From the NCBI GenBank assembly GCA_012837885.1, contig DUQI01000113.1, forward strand, positions 894-64,893: 64,000 nucleotides of DNA, in the 5' to 3' direction. A program made the position numbers and the translations under genes. The notes under the pieces are model-generated. The model saw only the letters and a program-made list of their open reading frames with translations, searched no databases and was not told where the DNA came from. Positions 7,842-16,451 of the stretch are shown piece by piece. The number at the start of each line of letters is the position of its first letter. Position 1 is the stretch's first letter. This DNA is from Fastidiosipila sp. (GTDB lineage Bacteria; Bacillota; Clostridia; Saccharofermentanales; DTU023).

Positions 7842-10498
7842 CCCGCCTGACTTTCGACACGCTCGATGAGAATCTTCTCACCCCGATGCTCAAACAGTAT
7901 CTGGCGGAGAAAAACAAGTGGCCGGACTGCCTCTTGTTTTTTCGCATGGGCGATTTCTATGAGCTATTCTTCGACGACGCCGTCACGGCGAGCCGCGAAC
8001 TCGAATTGACCTTGACGAAGAGGGAAGCCGGTCAGGCCGGCACCGCCCCGATGTGCGGCGTGCCGCATCATGCGGCGGATCAATACATCTACCGCTTAAC
8101 CCAGCGCGGCTACAAGGTGGCTGTGTGCGATCAGGTGGAAGATCCGGCGACGGCAAAAGGACTCGTCAAAAGGGAAGTGGTGCGCATCGTGACACCGGGA
8201 ACGGTGACCGATCCGAAACATCTCGACGCCTCGAAAAACAGCTTCGTCGTCGCTGTCTTCCAGCAGGGGATCAGGTACGGTCTCGCCGCATGCGATCTCT
8301 CCTCCGGTCACTTTGAAACGACGACGATTCCGGCGGAGAACAGTCATCTGCGTCTGAAAGACGAATTGACGAGGCTCTCACCGCACGAACTGATCGTCAA
8401 CCGCCTCTTTGCCGAGAATAAGGATGACCTATTGCAGGAGAGCCAGGTGACATTGACTGTGCTCGAGGATGCATACTTTTCGGATTCCAATGTCGAGAGC
8501 AACCCATTGCTTGCCTCGCATGCGAGAGACCTCTGGGCGAACGCCAGCGCGGCGCTATTGTCTTACATAGAATCGACCCAGCTCGTCTTGCCAAAGCATA
8601 TCGAATCGATCGCGCCGTACGAGATTCAGACGTACATGCTACTCGACAGTGCAGCCCGCCTGAATCTTGAACTGACCGAAACGATACGTGAGCGAAGTCG
8701 CAAAGGCTCGCTCCTCGCGACGATCGACCGTACCAAAACGGCGATGGGTAGCAGGCTCTTGCGTCGCTGGCTCTTGCAGCCGTTGATCGACAAGCGCGAT
8801 ATCGAGACTAGGCAGACGATGGTCGCAAGATTTCACGAAGATTTTGTCATAAGACAGACGCTCAGAGAATCGCTCGACGGTCTGTTCGATCTCGAACGCT
8901 TAGCCGGACGGATCGCCTTGGGACGCGTCACGCCGAAAGATCTGCTGGCATTGGCCGACGTGTTGCTGCTCTTACCTGAGATCAAGGCGACATTGGAGTC
9001 ACTGCCGGACGAGGAATTTACATCGCTTTCCGCCATGATCACGCCACTCGATGATCTGGCGTCCTGGTTGAAGTCGGCTCTCGTCGACGATCCGCCGCTT
9101 ATCGTCGGCGATCGTCAATTGATTCGCGACGGCTTCGATCCTGATATGGATGCGCTGCGTGATGCCCTGACGAACGGCAGACAATGGCTCGTTGATCTCG
9201 AACAAAAGGAAAGAGAGAAGACGTCGATCAAGAACCTGAAGGTCGGCTATAACCGGGTGTTCGGCTATTACTTCGAAGTATCCAAAGGCAACGTCGGTCT
9301 CGTTCCCGACTATTTTGTCAGAAAACAGACCCTGGTCAATGCCGAGCGCTATTTTACGGATGAATTGAAAACGCTGGAAGACAAAGTGCTCGGTGCCGAG
9401 ATCAAGGTTACCGAATCGGAGCGCGAGTGGTTTCAGGAGATGAAAACTAGAGCTGCAGCGCACCTATCGGAGATCCAGAAGACGGCACATGCTCTTTCGA
9501 TGCTCGACGTCTATCTGGGGCTGGCCGAACTGGCCGATAAGTCGCGGTACGTACGTCCCGAGATTAACGAGGACTCCGTGATCTCGATTATGGGCGGCAG
9601 ACATCCGGTTGTCGAAAAACAATTGAAAGATCAAGACTTCGTGCCGAACGACGCCGTCTTGGATCATGAGACGCATCGGCTGATGCTCTTGACCGGTCCT
9701 AACATGGCCGGTAAATCGACTTATATGCGTCAGGTAGCCCTGATCGTCCTTCTGGCTCAGATCGGTAGCTTCGTGCCGGCTGATTCGGCGAGAATAGGAC
9801 TTGTCGACCGTATTTTCACGCGTGTCGGCGCATCGGACGACGTGGCCGGCGGTCAATCGACCTTTATGGTCGAGATGACCGAAGTCGCCAATATCTGCCG
9901 TCAGGCGACTGCCAAGAGCCTGATCATATTAGACGAAGTCGGACGCGGGACCTCGACCTTTGACGGTCTGGCGATCGCCTGGGCCGTGATCGAATACGTC
10001 TCGGATCCGGCGCTTCTCGGCGCGAGGACACTCTTTGCGACGCATTACCACGAACTGACTGAATTGGAAGGCGTCCTGGCAGGTCTCGTCAATTATCATG
10101 TTGCGGTGACTGAGCAAGATGGCGATATCGTCTTTTTACACCGCATCAGAAGCGGCGGCACGGATGACAGCTACGGTGTCGACGTCGCCAAACTGGCCGG
10201 TGTTCCGCCGAGTATCGTCGAGCGAGCCAGAGAGATCCTGATGCAGTTGGAAAAAGATAATAAAGGCCGCAAGATGAAGATCAGAAAACATGCGAGACCG
10301 ATGGACGGTCAGCTCGATCTGTTCAGCGGTGCCGAATCGGTGCGGCGTGCCGATCGTCTGTTCGCCGATCTGGCCGCACTCGATATCGACAATCTGCGAC
10401 CGATCGACGCGTTGACGTATCTGTCGGAATTGAATCGCGAGGCCAAGGCGATGCATCTGAACGGTAGTCTCGATCTGGAAGGAGATATCGATGGGTAA
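7838..10498 (+). CDS. mutS: DNA mismatch repair protein MutS
   Basis: TPMLKQYLAEKNKWPDCLLFFRMGDFYELFFDDA N-terminus; Walker A GPNMAGKSTYMRQ; 886 aa; 4-nt overlap with miaB. Confidence 0.97.
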   Translation: MTRLTFDTLDENLLTPMLKQYLAEKNKWPDCLLFFRMGDFYELFFDDAVTASRELELTLTKREAGQAGTAPMCGVPHHAADQYIYRLTQRGYKVAVCDQVEDPATAKGLVKREVVRIVTPGTVTDPKHLDASKNSFVVAVFQQGIRYGLAACDLSSGHFETTTIPAENSHLRLKDELTRLSPHELIVNRLFAENKDDLLQESQVTLTVLEDAYFSDSNVESNPLLASHARDLWANASAALLSYIESTQLVLPKHIESIAPYEIQTYMLLDSAARLNLELTETIRERSRKGSLLATIDRTKTAMGSRLLRRWLLQPLIDKRDIETRQTMVARFHEDFVIRQTLRESLDGLFDLERLAGRIALGRVTPKDLLALADVLLLLPEIKATLESLPDEEFTSLSAMITPLDDLASWLKSALVDDPPLIVGDRQLIRDGFDPDMDALRDALTNGRQWLVDLEQKEREKTSIKNLKVGYNRVFGYYFEVSKGNVGLVPDYFVRKQTLVNAERYFTDELKTLEDKVLGAEIKVTESEREWFQEMKTRAAAHLSEIQKTAHALSMLDVYLGLAELADKSRYVRPEINEDSVISIMGGRHPVVEKQLKDQDFVPNDAVLDHETHRLMLLTGPNMAGKSTYMRQVALIVLLAQIGSFVPADSARIGLVDRIFTRVGASDDVAGGQSTFMVEMTEVANICRQATAKSLIILDEVGRGTSTFDGLAIAWAVIEYVSDPALLGARTLFATHYHELTELEGVLAGLVNYHVAVTEQDGDIVFLHRIRSGGTDDSYGVDVAKLAGVPPSIVERAREILMQLEKDNKGRKMKIRKHARPMDGQLDLFSGAESVRRADRLFADLAALDIDNLRPIDALTYLSELNREAKAMHLNGSLDLEGDIDG

Positions 10499-12347
10499 AA
10501 TCGTTAAACTCGATCAGCATACGATCAACAGTATCGCCGCCGGCGAAGTGATCGAACGACCGGCCTCGGTCGTCAAAGAACTGGTTGATAATGCACTCGA
10601 CGCCGGTGCAGAAGCGATCGAGATCAGTATCAAGTCGGGTGGGATTAGAGAGATCAGAGTCAAAGACAACGGCACCGGGATGAGCCCTGAAGATGCCGCT
10701 TTGTCTTTGCAGAGTCATACGACCAGCAAGCTTCGCTCCGTCAGCGATCTCGACCATATCTCGAGCATGGGATTTAGAGGGGAGGCACTGGCCAGCATCG
10801 CTGCCGTCTCCAGAATGTCGCTTGTGACATGCCAACTCGGCGTAGAAGACGGCGGTTACCGGATCGACATCGAAGGAGGAAAGGTAGTCTCGGAGGGACC
10901 TTGCGGTGCGCCGGAAGGGACGACGATTACGGTCAGAGATCTCTTTTATAATACGCCGGCCCGCTACAAGTTTTTAAAAAGCGACCAGGCCGAAGCGGCC
11001 CAGGTCCAGGAACGTGTGACGCATTTGGCTTTGGCGAGACCTGACGTCTCGTTTCAACTCGAACGTGACGGCAAGACGGTTTTACATACGCCGGGCAACA
11101 ACGATCTTTTGAGCGCGATCTATGCCGTGTTCGGAAGCGAGATCGCAGGCGCGATGTCGGAAGTCAGTCTCGACGTCAAACCGATCGTGATCGACGGCTA
11201 TATGACAAGACCGAACGAATACTATCGCAGTAATCGGACGCGGCAGGTATTCATCGTGAACGGACGTGTCGTTCGCTCGAGGATCCTTCAGGTAGCCGTC
11301 GATGAAGCGGCCGCGACGTATTTTATGAAGGGGAGACACCCGGCACTCGTCTTCCACCTGACGATCCCCTTTGCCTTCGTCGACGTTAACGTCCATCCGC
11401 AAAAGAGCGAGGTCCGTTTCTGGGACGACAAGAAAGTGTTCTCAGCCGTCTACCATGCAGCAAGAAGAGTGCTGGAAGGCGATAAGCAGCCGATCGATAC
11501 ACCACCTGACGACGCGCAGCAGGCAGAAGAGAAGAGCAAAGCGGACGATATAACGGTGGAGCGCACACTTCCGGTCCAGCAGTCCTTTACGCCGATCACT
11601 CCGACGACACACGTCACTTTCAAAGAAACGACAGAGAAGACACCATTTCCGTTTAGTCAAGAAAGAAACATGTCAATTCAGCACGGTGAGAAAGGTTATA
11701 AAACTGTGCCTGAGCACAAATCAGAAAGTGTCGAAGTCGAAAGTGCGGGCAAACGTGATATCGAATGGCTCGCTGAGGCCAAGATACTCGGTCAGTACTT
11801 GAATACGTATATCGTCATGCAGATCGACGATCGCCTCGTTTTGCTCGATCAGCATGCTGCCCACGAAAGGATTTTGTACGAACGATTGCAACAAACGAAG
11901 CTTGAGGACATCAAGCACTCCCGACAGTCGCTTCTGATTCCGGTGGAAGTTGAAGTCACACCTGAAGAGGCACTCTATATCGACACGAACCTGGAGCGAC
12001 TTCTCGACATGGGCTTTGAAATTGAGTCTTTCGGCCCGAACGCCTATTTGTTGAGGAGCGTGCCCGATCTGAAACAACATGTCGATGCCAAGCGGTTATT
12101 TAAGGGATTATTAGGTGCTCTTTCGGATAACCAGTTCTTAGAAGACAGCGCTTTTCGCGATGCGTTCGCGATGAAGGCATGCAAGGCGGCCGCCAAAGCG
12201 AATCAGTCACTCGGTGAAGCAGAAATCCGCGCCTTGCTGAAAGATCTAATACCGCTGCAAAATCCGTATCATTGTCCGCATGGCAGACCGATCACCATCT
12301 CGTTTTCAAAAAAGGAAGTTGAGAAACGGTTTGGCCGGATTGTCTGA
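10491..12347 (+). CDS. mutL: DNA mismatch repair protein MutL
   Basis: GHKL ATPase N-terminus INSIAAGEVIERPASVVKELVDNALDAG; C-terminal dimerisation/endonuclease region including QHAAHERILYE and CPHGRP. Confidence 0.96.
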   Translation: MGKIVKLDQHTINSIAAGEVIERPASVVKELVDNALDAGAEAIEISIKSGGIREIRVKDNGTGMSPEDAALSLQSHTTSKLRSVSDLDHISSMGFRGEALASIAAVSRMSLVTCQLGVEDGGYRIDIEGGKVVSEGPCGAPEGTTITVRDLFYNTPARYKFLKSDQAEAAQVQERVTHLALARPDVSFQLERDGKTVLHTPGNNDLLSAIYAVFGSEIAGAMSEVSLDVKPIVIDGYMTRPNEYYRSNRTRQVFIVNGRVVRSRILQVAVDEAAATYFMKGRHPALVFHLTIPFAFVDVNVHPQKSEVRFWDDKKVFSAVYHAARRVLEGDKQPIDTPPDDAQQAEEKSKADDITVERTLPVQQSFTPITPTTHVTFKETTEKTPFPFSQERNMSIQHGEKGYKTVPEHKSESVEVESAGKRDIEWLAEAKILGQYLNTYIVMQIDDRLVLLDQHAAHERILYERLQQTKLEDIKHSRQSLLIPVEVEVTPEEALYIDTNLERLLDMGFEIESFGPNAYLLRSVPDLKQHVDAKRLFKGLLGALSDNQFLEDSAFRDAFAMKACKAAAKANQSLGEAEIRALLKDLIPLQNPYHCPHGRPITISFSKKEVEKRFGRIV

Positions 12348-13278
12348 TAAATCAATTGTCGTACCGGTGATCGCCGGACTTACGGCTTCGGGCAAATCGG
12401 GTCTGGCGCTTAGGCTCGCCGATACCATGGACGGTGAAATCATTAATGCCGACTCGATGCAGATCTATCAGGGATTCGATATCGGAACGGCGAAAGCGTC
12501 GAATGAGGAACAAACGCGTATCCCACACCACCTGATCGATATCCTGGATGCGACAGAGATTTATAGTGTCGCCCGCTTCGTCGAAGATGCCGCAGCAGCG
12601 ATCCGGGATATCGCCGCTCGCGGTAAATTACCGATCGTCTGTGGCGGTACGGCTCAGTACACGACGGCGCTCTTGCGTGGCACGCGTTTCTGGCCGTTAA
12701 ACATAAGTGAGTCGATCGAGCGATCTGTCGATCAACGGGTCGAGTCGGCAGGATATGAAGCGCTACTCGCCGATATTGCACGCCTCGATCCTGAAACTGC
12801 CAAGCGACTGTCTGTCGCTGATCAAAAGCGCATACGACGCTTCATGCTGGTCTATGAGGCGACCGGTAAGACGAGATCCGAGATGAATGCCTGGGCGAAT
12901 GAGGGAGAACCGTTGTTTTCTTATCTCCCGTTTTGTCTCGCACCGGAGCCTGAGATCATCTATCCGCAGATCGATGAACGAACCAGGGCTATGTATCGGG
13001 ATGGTCTGGTCGCAGAGACGCAGCATTTGTTGGAACGTTACGGCGATCCAGGGCTCATCCCGTTTAGCGGCATCGGCTATCGGCATACGGTCTCGTTCCT
13101 AATGAAAGAGCTGAGTGAATCAGACATGATCGATATGACGATGCGTGATACGAGACGCTATGCCAAGCGTCAAAGGACATGGTATCGGCATCACGATCAC
13201 GGACCGCTCTTTAAGAATGACGAGATCGAAAGTGGTTTTTGGAATTTTCAGCGACAGATAGATGCGTCGCGTCGCTAG
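12331..13278 (+). CDS. miaA: tRNA dimethylallyltransferase MiaA
   Basis: P-loop VIAGLTASGKSGLALRLA; DSMQIYQGFDIGTAK; PHHLID. Start is uncertain: I chose TTG 12331 (AAGGAAG at 12312-12318), TTG 12340 is also possible, and the ORF-track start 12280 sits inside mutL. Confidence 0.88.
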   Translation: MAGLSDKSIVVPVIAGLTASGKSGLALRLADTMDGEIINADSMQIYQGFDIGTAKASNEEQTRIPHHLIDILDATEIYSVARFVEDAAAAIRDIAARGKLPIVCGGTAQYTTALLRGTRFWPLNISESIERSVDQRVESAGYEALLADIARLDPETAKRLSVADQKRIRRFMLVYEATGKTRSEMNAWANEGEPLFSYLPFCLAPEPEIIYPQIDERTRAMYRDGLVAETQHLLERYGDPGLIPFSGIGYRHTVSFLMKELSESDMIDMTMRDTRRYAKRQRTWYRHHDHGPLFKNDEIESGFWNFQRQIDASRR

Positions 13279-13356
13279 ATTTTAGTCTGAGACGAAACCA
13301 CTTATTCGCTTCTTACGTAAAATAACGCTCCGTTATTTGCTTATGGAGGTGTAACC

Positions 13357-13638
13357 ATGCGTGAAGTGAAGAGAATTGAAGACATTTACTTGAATCATCT
13401 GCGCCGCGGCGCGATAACGGTGTGTATTAAGTTAAAAGACGGTCGGTCACTGTCCGCGATCATCATCGCTTTCGATCCGCGAAGTATCGTCGTCGATGTC
13501 GCAGGCTCCCAACATCTTCTTTATAAAGCCGGCATCGTCGAGATCGAGCCGCAGGAATCCGTATCCTTCATATTCAATGATCGTGGATTGCCGAGCAACT
13601 CATACGCGAGATCGCCATACACCTCGAACTACGCCTAA
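13357..13638 (+). CDS. hfq: Hfq-like RNA chaperone (divergent Sm2 motif)
   Basis: GGAGGTG RBS at 13345-13351. It aligns by eye to the Hfq Sm core (EDIYLNHLRR..ITVCIKLKDGRSLSAIIIAFD....VVDVAGSQHLLYKAGIVEIEPQ). It occupies the conserved mutL-miaA-hfq position. Confidence 0.75.
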   Translation: MREVKRIEDIYLNHLRRGAITVCIKLKDGRSLSAIIIAFDPRSIVVDVAGSQHLLYKAGIVEIEPQESVSFIFNDRGLPSNSYARSPYTSNYA

Positions 13639-14229
13639 AATAAGGCAGCCTTCCTCGTCGAACGGAATCATTTTATAGCGGGGGTTTTCGGCTCTCAATA
13701 CGGTGCGCCCCTGATCTCTATGCAGTGTCTTAACGGTCGCTTCATCACCGATCAGAGCAACGATAATGTCACCGAAATCGGCCATCGACTGCTTTTTGAC
13801 GAAAACATAATCGCCGTCTAGAATGCCGGCGCCGATCATGCTGTCACCAGATATCTTTAAAGCGAACATCTGCTCGGGATTCTGGTAGAAGGCGGCAGGG
13901 ACGGGGAGATAGCTGTCAATATTCTCATGGGCGAGGATCGGCGCACCGGCCGTCACTTTACCGACCAGAGGTATATGATCGACCCGCTGATTCTCGAATT
14001 CCGTGACAGTTAAGGCGCGTCTTTTACCAGGCTCCATATCGATTCGACCACTTTCCCGCAAACGTTTTAGATGCGCGTGAATGGTCGATGTCGATTTTAT
14101 GCCTGTGCCTTTACAAAGATCTCTGACTGTCGGTGAAAAACCGTTCTCACGCACAAATGAAGTAATGTAGTCGTAGACCAGTTCAACCGTGTCCTCGACG
14201 TTCGCTTTCGTGAATTTCCGTTTGGCCAT
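13600..14229 (-). CDS. lexA: LexA SOS repressor
   Basis: Winged-helix N-terminus; cleavage site VTAGAPI; catalytic Ser in ISGDSM and Lys in ATVKTL. I prefer the ATG at 14229 because the predicted -10 (14255-14260) overlaps the upstream ATG at 14256. Confidence 0.92.
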   Translation of the reverse strand: MAKRKFTKANVEDTVELVYDYITSFVRENGFSPTVRDLCKGTGIKSTSTIHAHLKRLRESGRIDMEPGKRRALTVTEFENQRVDHIPLVGKVTAGAPILAHENIDSYLPVPAAFYQNPEQMFALKISGDSMIGAGILDGDYVFVKKQSMADFGDIIVALIGDEATVKTLHRDQGRTVLRAENPRYKMIPFDEEGCLILGVVRGVWRSRV

Positions 14230-14254
14230 GGGAACATACCTGCCTTTCAAAGTC

Positions 14255-14283
14255 ATAGTAACAAAGGCACCTAACTACGTCAA
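14255..14283 (-). promoter_or_regulatory. putative lexA promoter (-35 TTGACG, 17-nt spacer, -10 TACTAT)
   Basis: Read on the minus strand: TTGACG at 14283-14278 and TACTAT at 14260-14255. The -35 overlaps the SOS box. Confidence 0.5.
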
Positions 14284-14294
14284 ACAATAGTTCG
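14281..14294. promoter_or_regulatory. LexA (Cheo-type) SOS box
   Basis: The minus strand reads CGAACTATTGTTTG, i.e. GAAC-N4-GTTT. That is one mismatch from the Firmicute GAAC-N4-GTTC palindrome, and the variant half-site matches the recA box at 61120-61133. Confidence 0.7.
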
Positions 14295-14338
14295 GTATTA
14301 AATGAGTCATAGATAAGTCATTCGGGTATAATAGGCGC

Positions 14339-14932
14339 ATGCAAAAGGAACCGGAACAAAAATCGCCTCAGGATGAGCCAGCCGTTCGTCAGGTAAAGCT
14401 TACGCCCGATGAAGCGGGATCGATTCATAGCGATAGTGAAAAACGCGTCGTATCAGCCGGTCTGGCCGATTCGGCGTCAATTACAGCGCCTCCAAACGAC
14501 CTAGTGATTGAGCGCGTCGCTTCTAATCGCTCCCACAGCAAAGTTAAAACTACGAAATCGACAAAGTCCACGACGGTTAAACGAAACAGGACGAAGTTGA
14601 CAAAATCGAAGCTTAGCAATATCGGATTGAGTGATAGCGGTCAATTGACCTTGGCAGATCAAAAGAAACTTGGTGCGAGGATTTATCATCTTAAAAGTTA
14701 CACGACGGTTGGCAAGATCAATAGGAAGTTTGCCCAGGACAAGCAGCAGCGCTGGCTGAGAAATGTGTTGGCATTCGTGATGCTGATCGTGATCCTGATT
14801 ATTTTGTTCGTCGCATACAATCCGGTAAGAGATATTATCGACTTCAGAAAGATGCTCGGTCTTGATAGCCCGTTTAAAACGATAAGTACCGTATTGGAGA
14901 CCGATCCGCCGGAAACGACGATTTCCCCTTAA
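14339..14932 (+). CDS. hypothetical single-pass membrane protein divergent from lexA
   Basis: Low-complexity basic S/T/K-rich N-terminal region, one TM helix (VLAFVMLIVILIILFVAY) and a short C-terminal tail. No motif recognised. Confidence 0.6.
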   Translation: MQKEPEQKSPQDEPAVRQVKLTPDEAGSIHSDSEKRVVSAGLADSASITAPPNDLVIERVASNRSHSKVKTTKSTKSTTVKRNRTKLTKSKLSNIGLSDSGQLTLADQKKLGARIYHLKSYTTVGKINRKFAQDKQQRWLRNVLAFVMLIVILIILFVAYNPVRDIIDFRKMLGLDSPFKTISTVLETDPPETTISP

Positions 14933-14945
14933 AAAGCCCTGCCCA

Positions 14946-14973
14946 ACTTCGCAAAATTATTATTTGGCGAAGT
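14946..14973 (+). terminator. weak hairpin downstream of the 14339-14932 gene
   Basis: 7-bp stem acttcgc / gcgaagt with a 14-nt loop, followed by a T-containing tract. Confidence 0.3.
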
Positions 14974-15070
14974 ACGATATTTTAGTTTTATGAGGGGCGG
15001 TTCAGGTTTATGGCAAGAATAAGCTCCTCTTCACTTCGTCATCAACGAGAAAATCAGTGAATAAACAACA

Positions 15071-15112
15071 TTGAGCTCCGGCTACTTTTCAAATTAGTAA
15101 GCCGGAGCTCAA
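15071..15112. terminator. bidirectional hairpin terminator between convergent genes
   Basis: Perfect 13-bp arms ttgagctccggct / agccggagctcaa, located between the + gene ending at 14932 and the - gene ending at 15151. Confidence 0.65.
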
Positions 15113-15150
15113 TATATGTCTATTTAATAAATCTCTTTCGTGTTTACACG

Positions 15151-15465
15151 CTAAGTGACTTCAGACTCGTTCTCATCTCCCGCATCGTAGATCTCTTCCG
15201 GATCTTCGATCAACGTGACCTCGGTCTCTTCAGAACCGGTCAGGATAAATCCCGAGAGAAGTTCCTCCGCTTCAGCTAATCGCTCTTCAGGTACATAGAA
15301 GTCATCGGCGAGCATACTCTGTCCGGCGATGACCCGAAGATAGTCGCCGGCTCCCCTCGCCTTTACCTTATACGGAATACCTGCATCTTCCAGAAGTGAA
15401 CGAAACAGGCCTTTTTCGTATGTGTTATACGCGGTGCGGAGTTTTTCGTATCCGTGAAGCAGCAT
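15151..15465 (-). CDS. small acidic-tailed protein (DUF2007-like putative signal-transducing fold)
   Basis: 104 aa. The pattern LLEDAGIPYKVK...FYVPEERLAEAEELL resembles DUF2007. It starts 2 nt after the LacI-family stop. Confidence 0.55.
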   Translation of the reverse strand: MLLHGYEKLRTAYNTYEKGLFRSLLEDAGIPYKVKARGAGDYLRVIAGQSMLADDFYVPEERLAEAEELLSGFILTGSEETEVTLIEDPEEIYDAGDENESEVT

Positions 15466-15467
15466 CG

Positions 15468-16451
15468 TTACGTACTCCTGATCACGAGTTCCGGTTCGAC
15501 CATGATCTTTTTTGCTTCGGCCATCGGCATCTCATCGTCGATTTTTTCGAGCATCGCATCGACGGCACGCTGCCCCATGATGTCACGCGGCTGGCGCACA
15601 CTCGACATCGAGATCATAGGCAGATGGGAGAAAAAGACGTCATCGTAGCCGATCAGGCCGACTTCGTTCGGTAGCCGGTAGTTCTTCTCTCTCAGGTATT
15701 GCAGTGCGCCGAGGGCGATATAGTCGTTGCCGCAGAAGATACCGTCCGGCGGATTCGGGCCGCTCATCAGCTTTTTGATGCGCTCGTAGCCGCTTTCCGC
15801 GTTGAATCCGCCAAAGCTGATCAGGTGATGGTGCAACTGGATGCTGTTCGTCTGCAACGTCTTTTGAAACGACAGCAGGCGAAGCTGGTTCGCTGGTGAC
15901 GTGTCGGTGCCGCCGATGAACGCGATCCGCTTGAAGCCGCGGTTGATCAGGTTTTGCACGGCGAGCTGGGTCCCCTTCTTATGGTCGACCTCGATATACG
16001 TCGCTTTGTCTTCCGATGGATGCCAGAAGGCGACGATCGGAACGCCCATCCGCTCATACGTGCCGGTCGCATAATAACCGGTCGGTTTGATGATGATGCC
16101 TGCGACGCGCTGCTCGAGCATGATCCGCATCTGCTGCTGTTCGTTTGCCGGATCCCAGCCGCTGTTGATGATCATGGTCGAGAAACCGGCGAGGTTGGCG
16201 GCGTTACTGACTGAGCGCGCCAAGTCGGCGAAGAATGGATTCGATACATCCGGGAGAATCAAGCCGATAATGTTCGAACGCTTCATGACGAGTGAGCGGG
16301 CGATGACATTCGGTCTATAGCCCATCTCACTGGCCAGCTTGTGGATCTTGATTCTCGTCTTTTCGCTGACATCCTTTTTATTGTTGAGTGCTCTGGAAAC
16401 GGTCGCGTAAGAGACGCCTGCTTCCCTCGCAATATCCTTAATGGTGATCAT
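15468..16451 (-). CDS. LacI-family transcriptional regulator
   Basis: HTH ITIKDIAREAGVSYATVSRALNN followed by a periplasmic-binding-protein-like core. The ATG at 16451 is preceded by AGGAGGAAGCTA. Confidence 0.9.
   Translation of the reverse strand: MITIKDIAREAGVSYATVSRALNNKKDVSEKTRIKIHKLASEMGYRPNVIARSLVMKRSNIIGLILPDVSNPFFADLARSVSNAANLAGFSTMIINSGWDPANEQQQMRIMLEQRVAGIIIKPTGYYATGTYERMGVPIVAFWHPSEDKATYIEVDHKKGTQLAVQNLINRGFKRIAFIGGTDTSPANQLRLLSFQKTLQTNSIQLHHHLISFGGFNAESGYERIKKLMSGPNPPDGIFCGNDYIALGALQYLREKNYRLPNEVGLIGYDDVFFSHLPMISMSSVRQPRDIMGQRAVDAMLEKIDDEMPMAEAKKIMVEPELVIRST

Noticed and set aside
14933-15150. An AT-rich 218-nt intergenic region considered as a possible small RNA or small ORF locus (for example ATG at 14990 encoding 9 aa).
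   Set aside because: Only terminator-type hairpins are evident. There is no promoter-plus-structure combination I can support, and the mini-ORF has no RBS.
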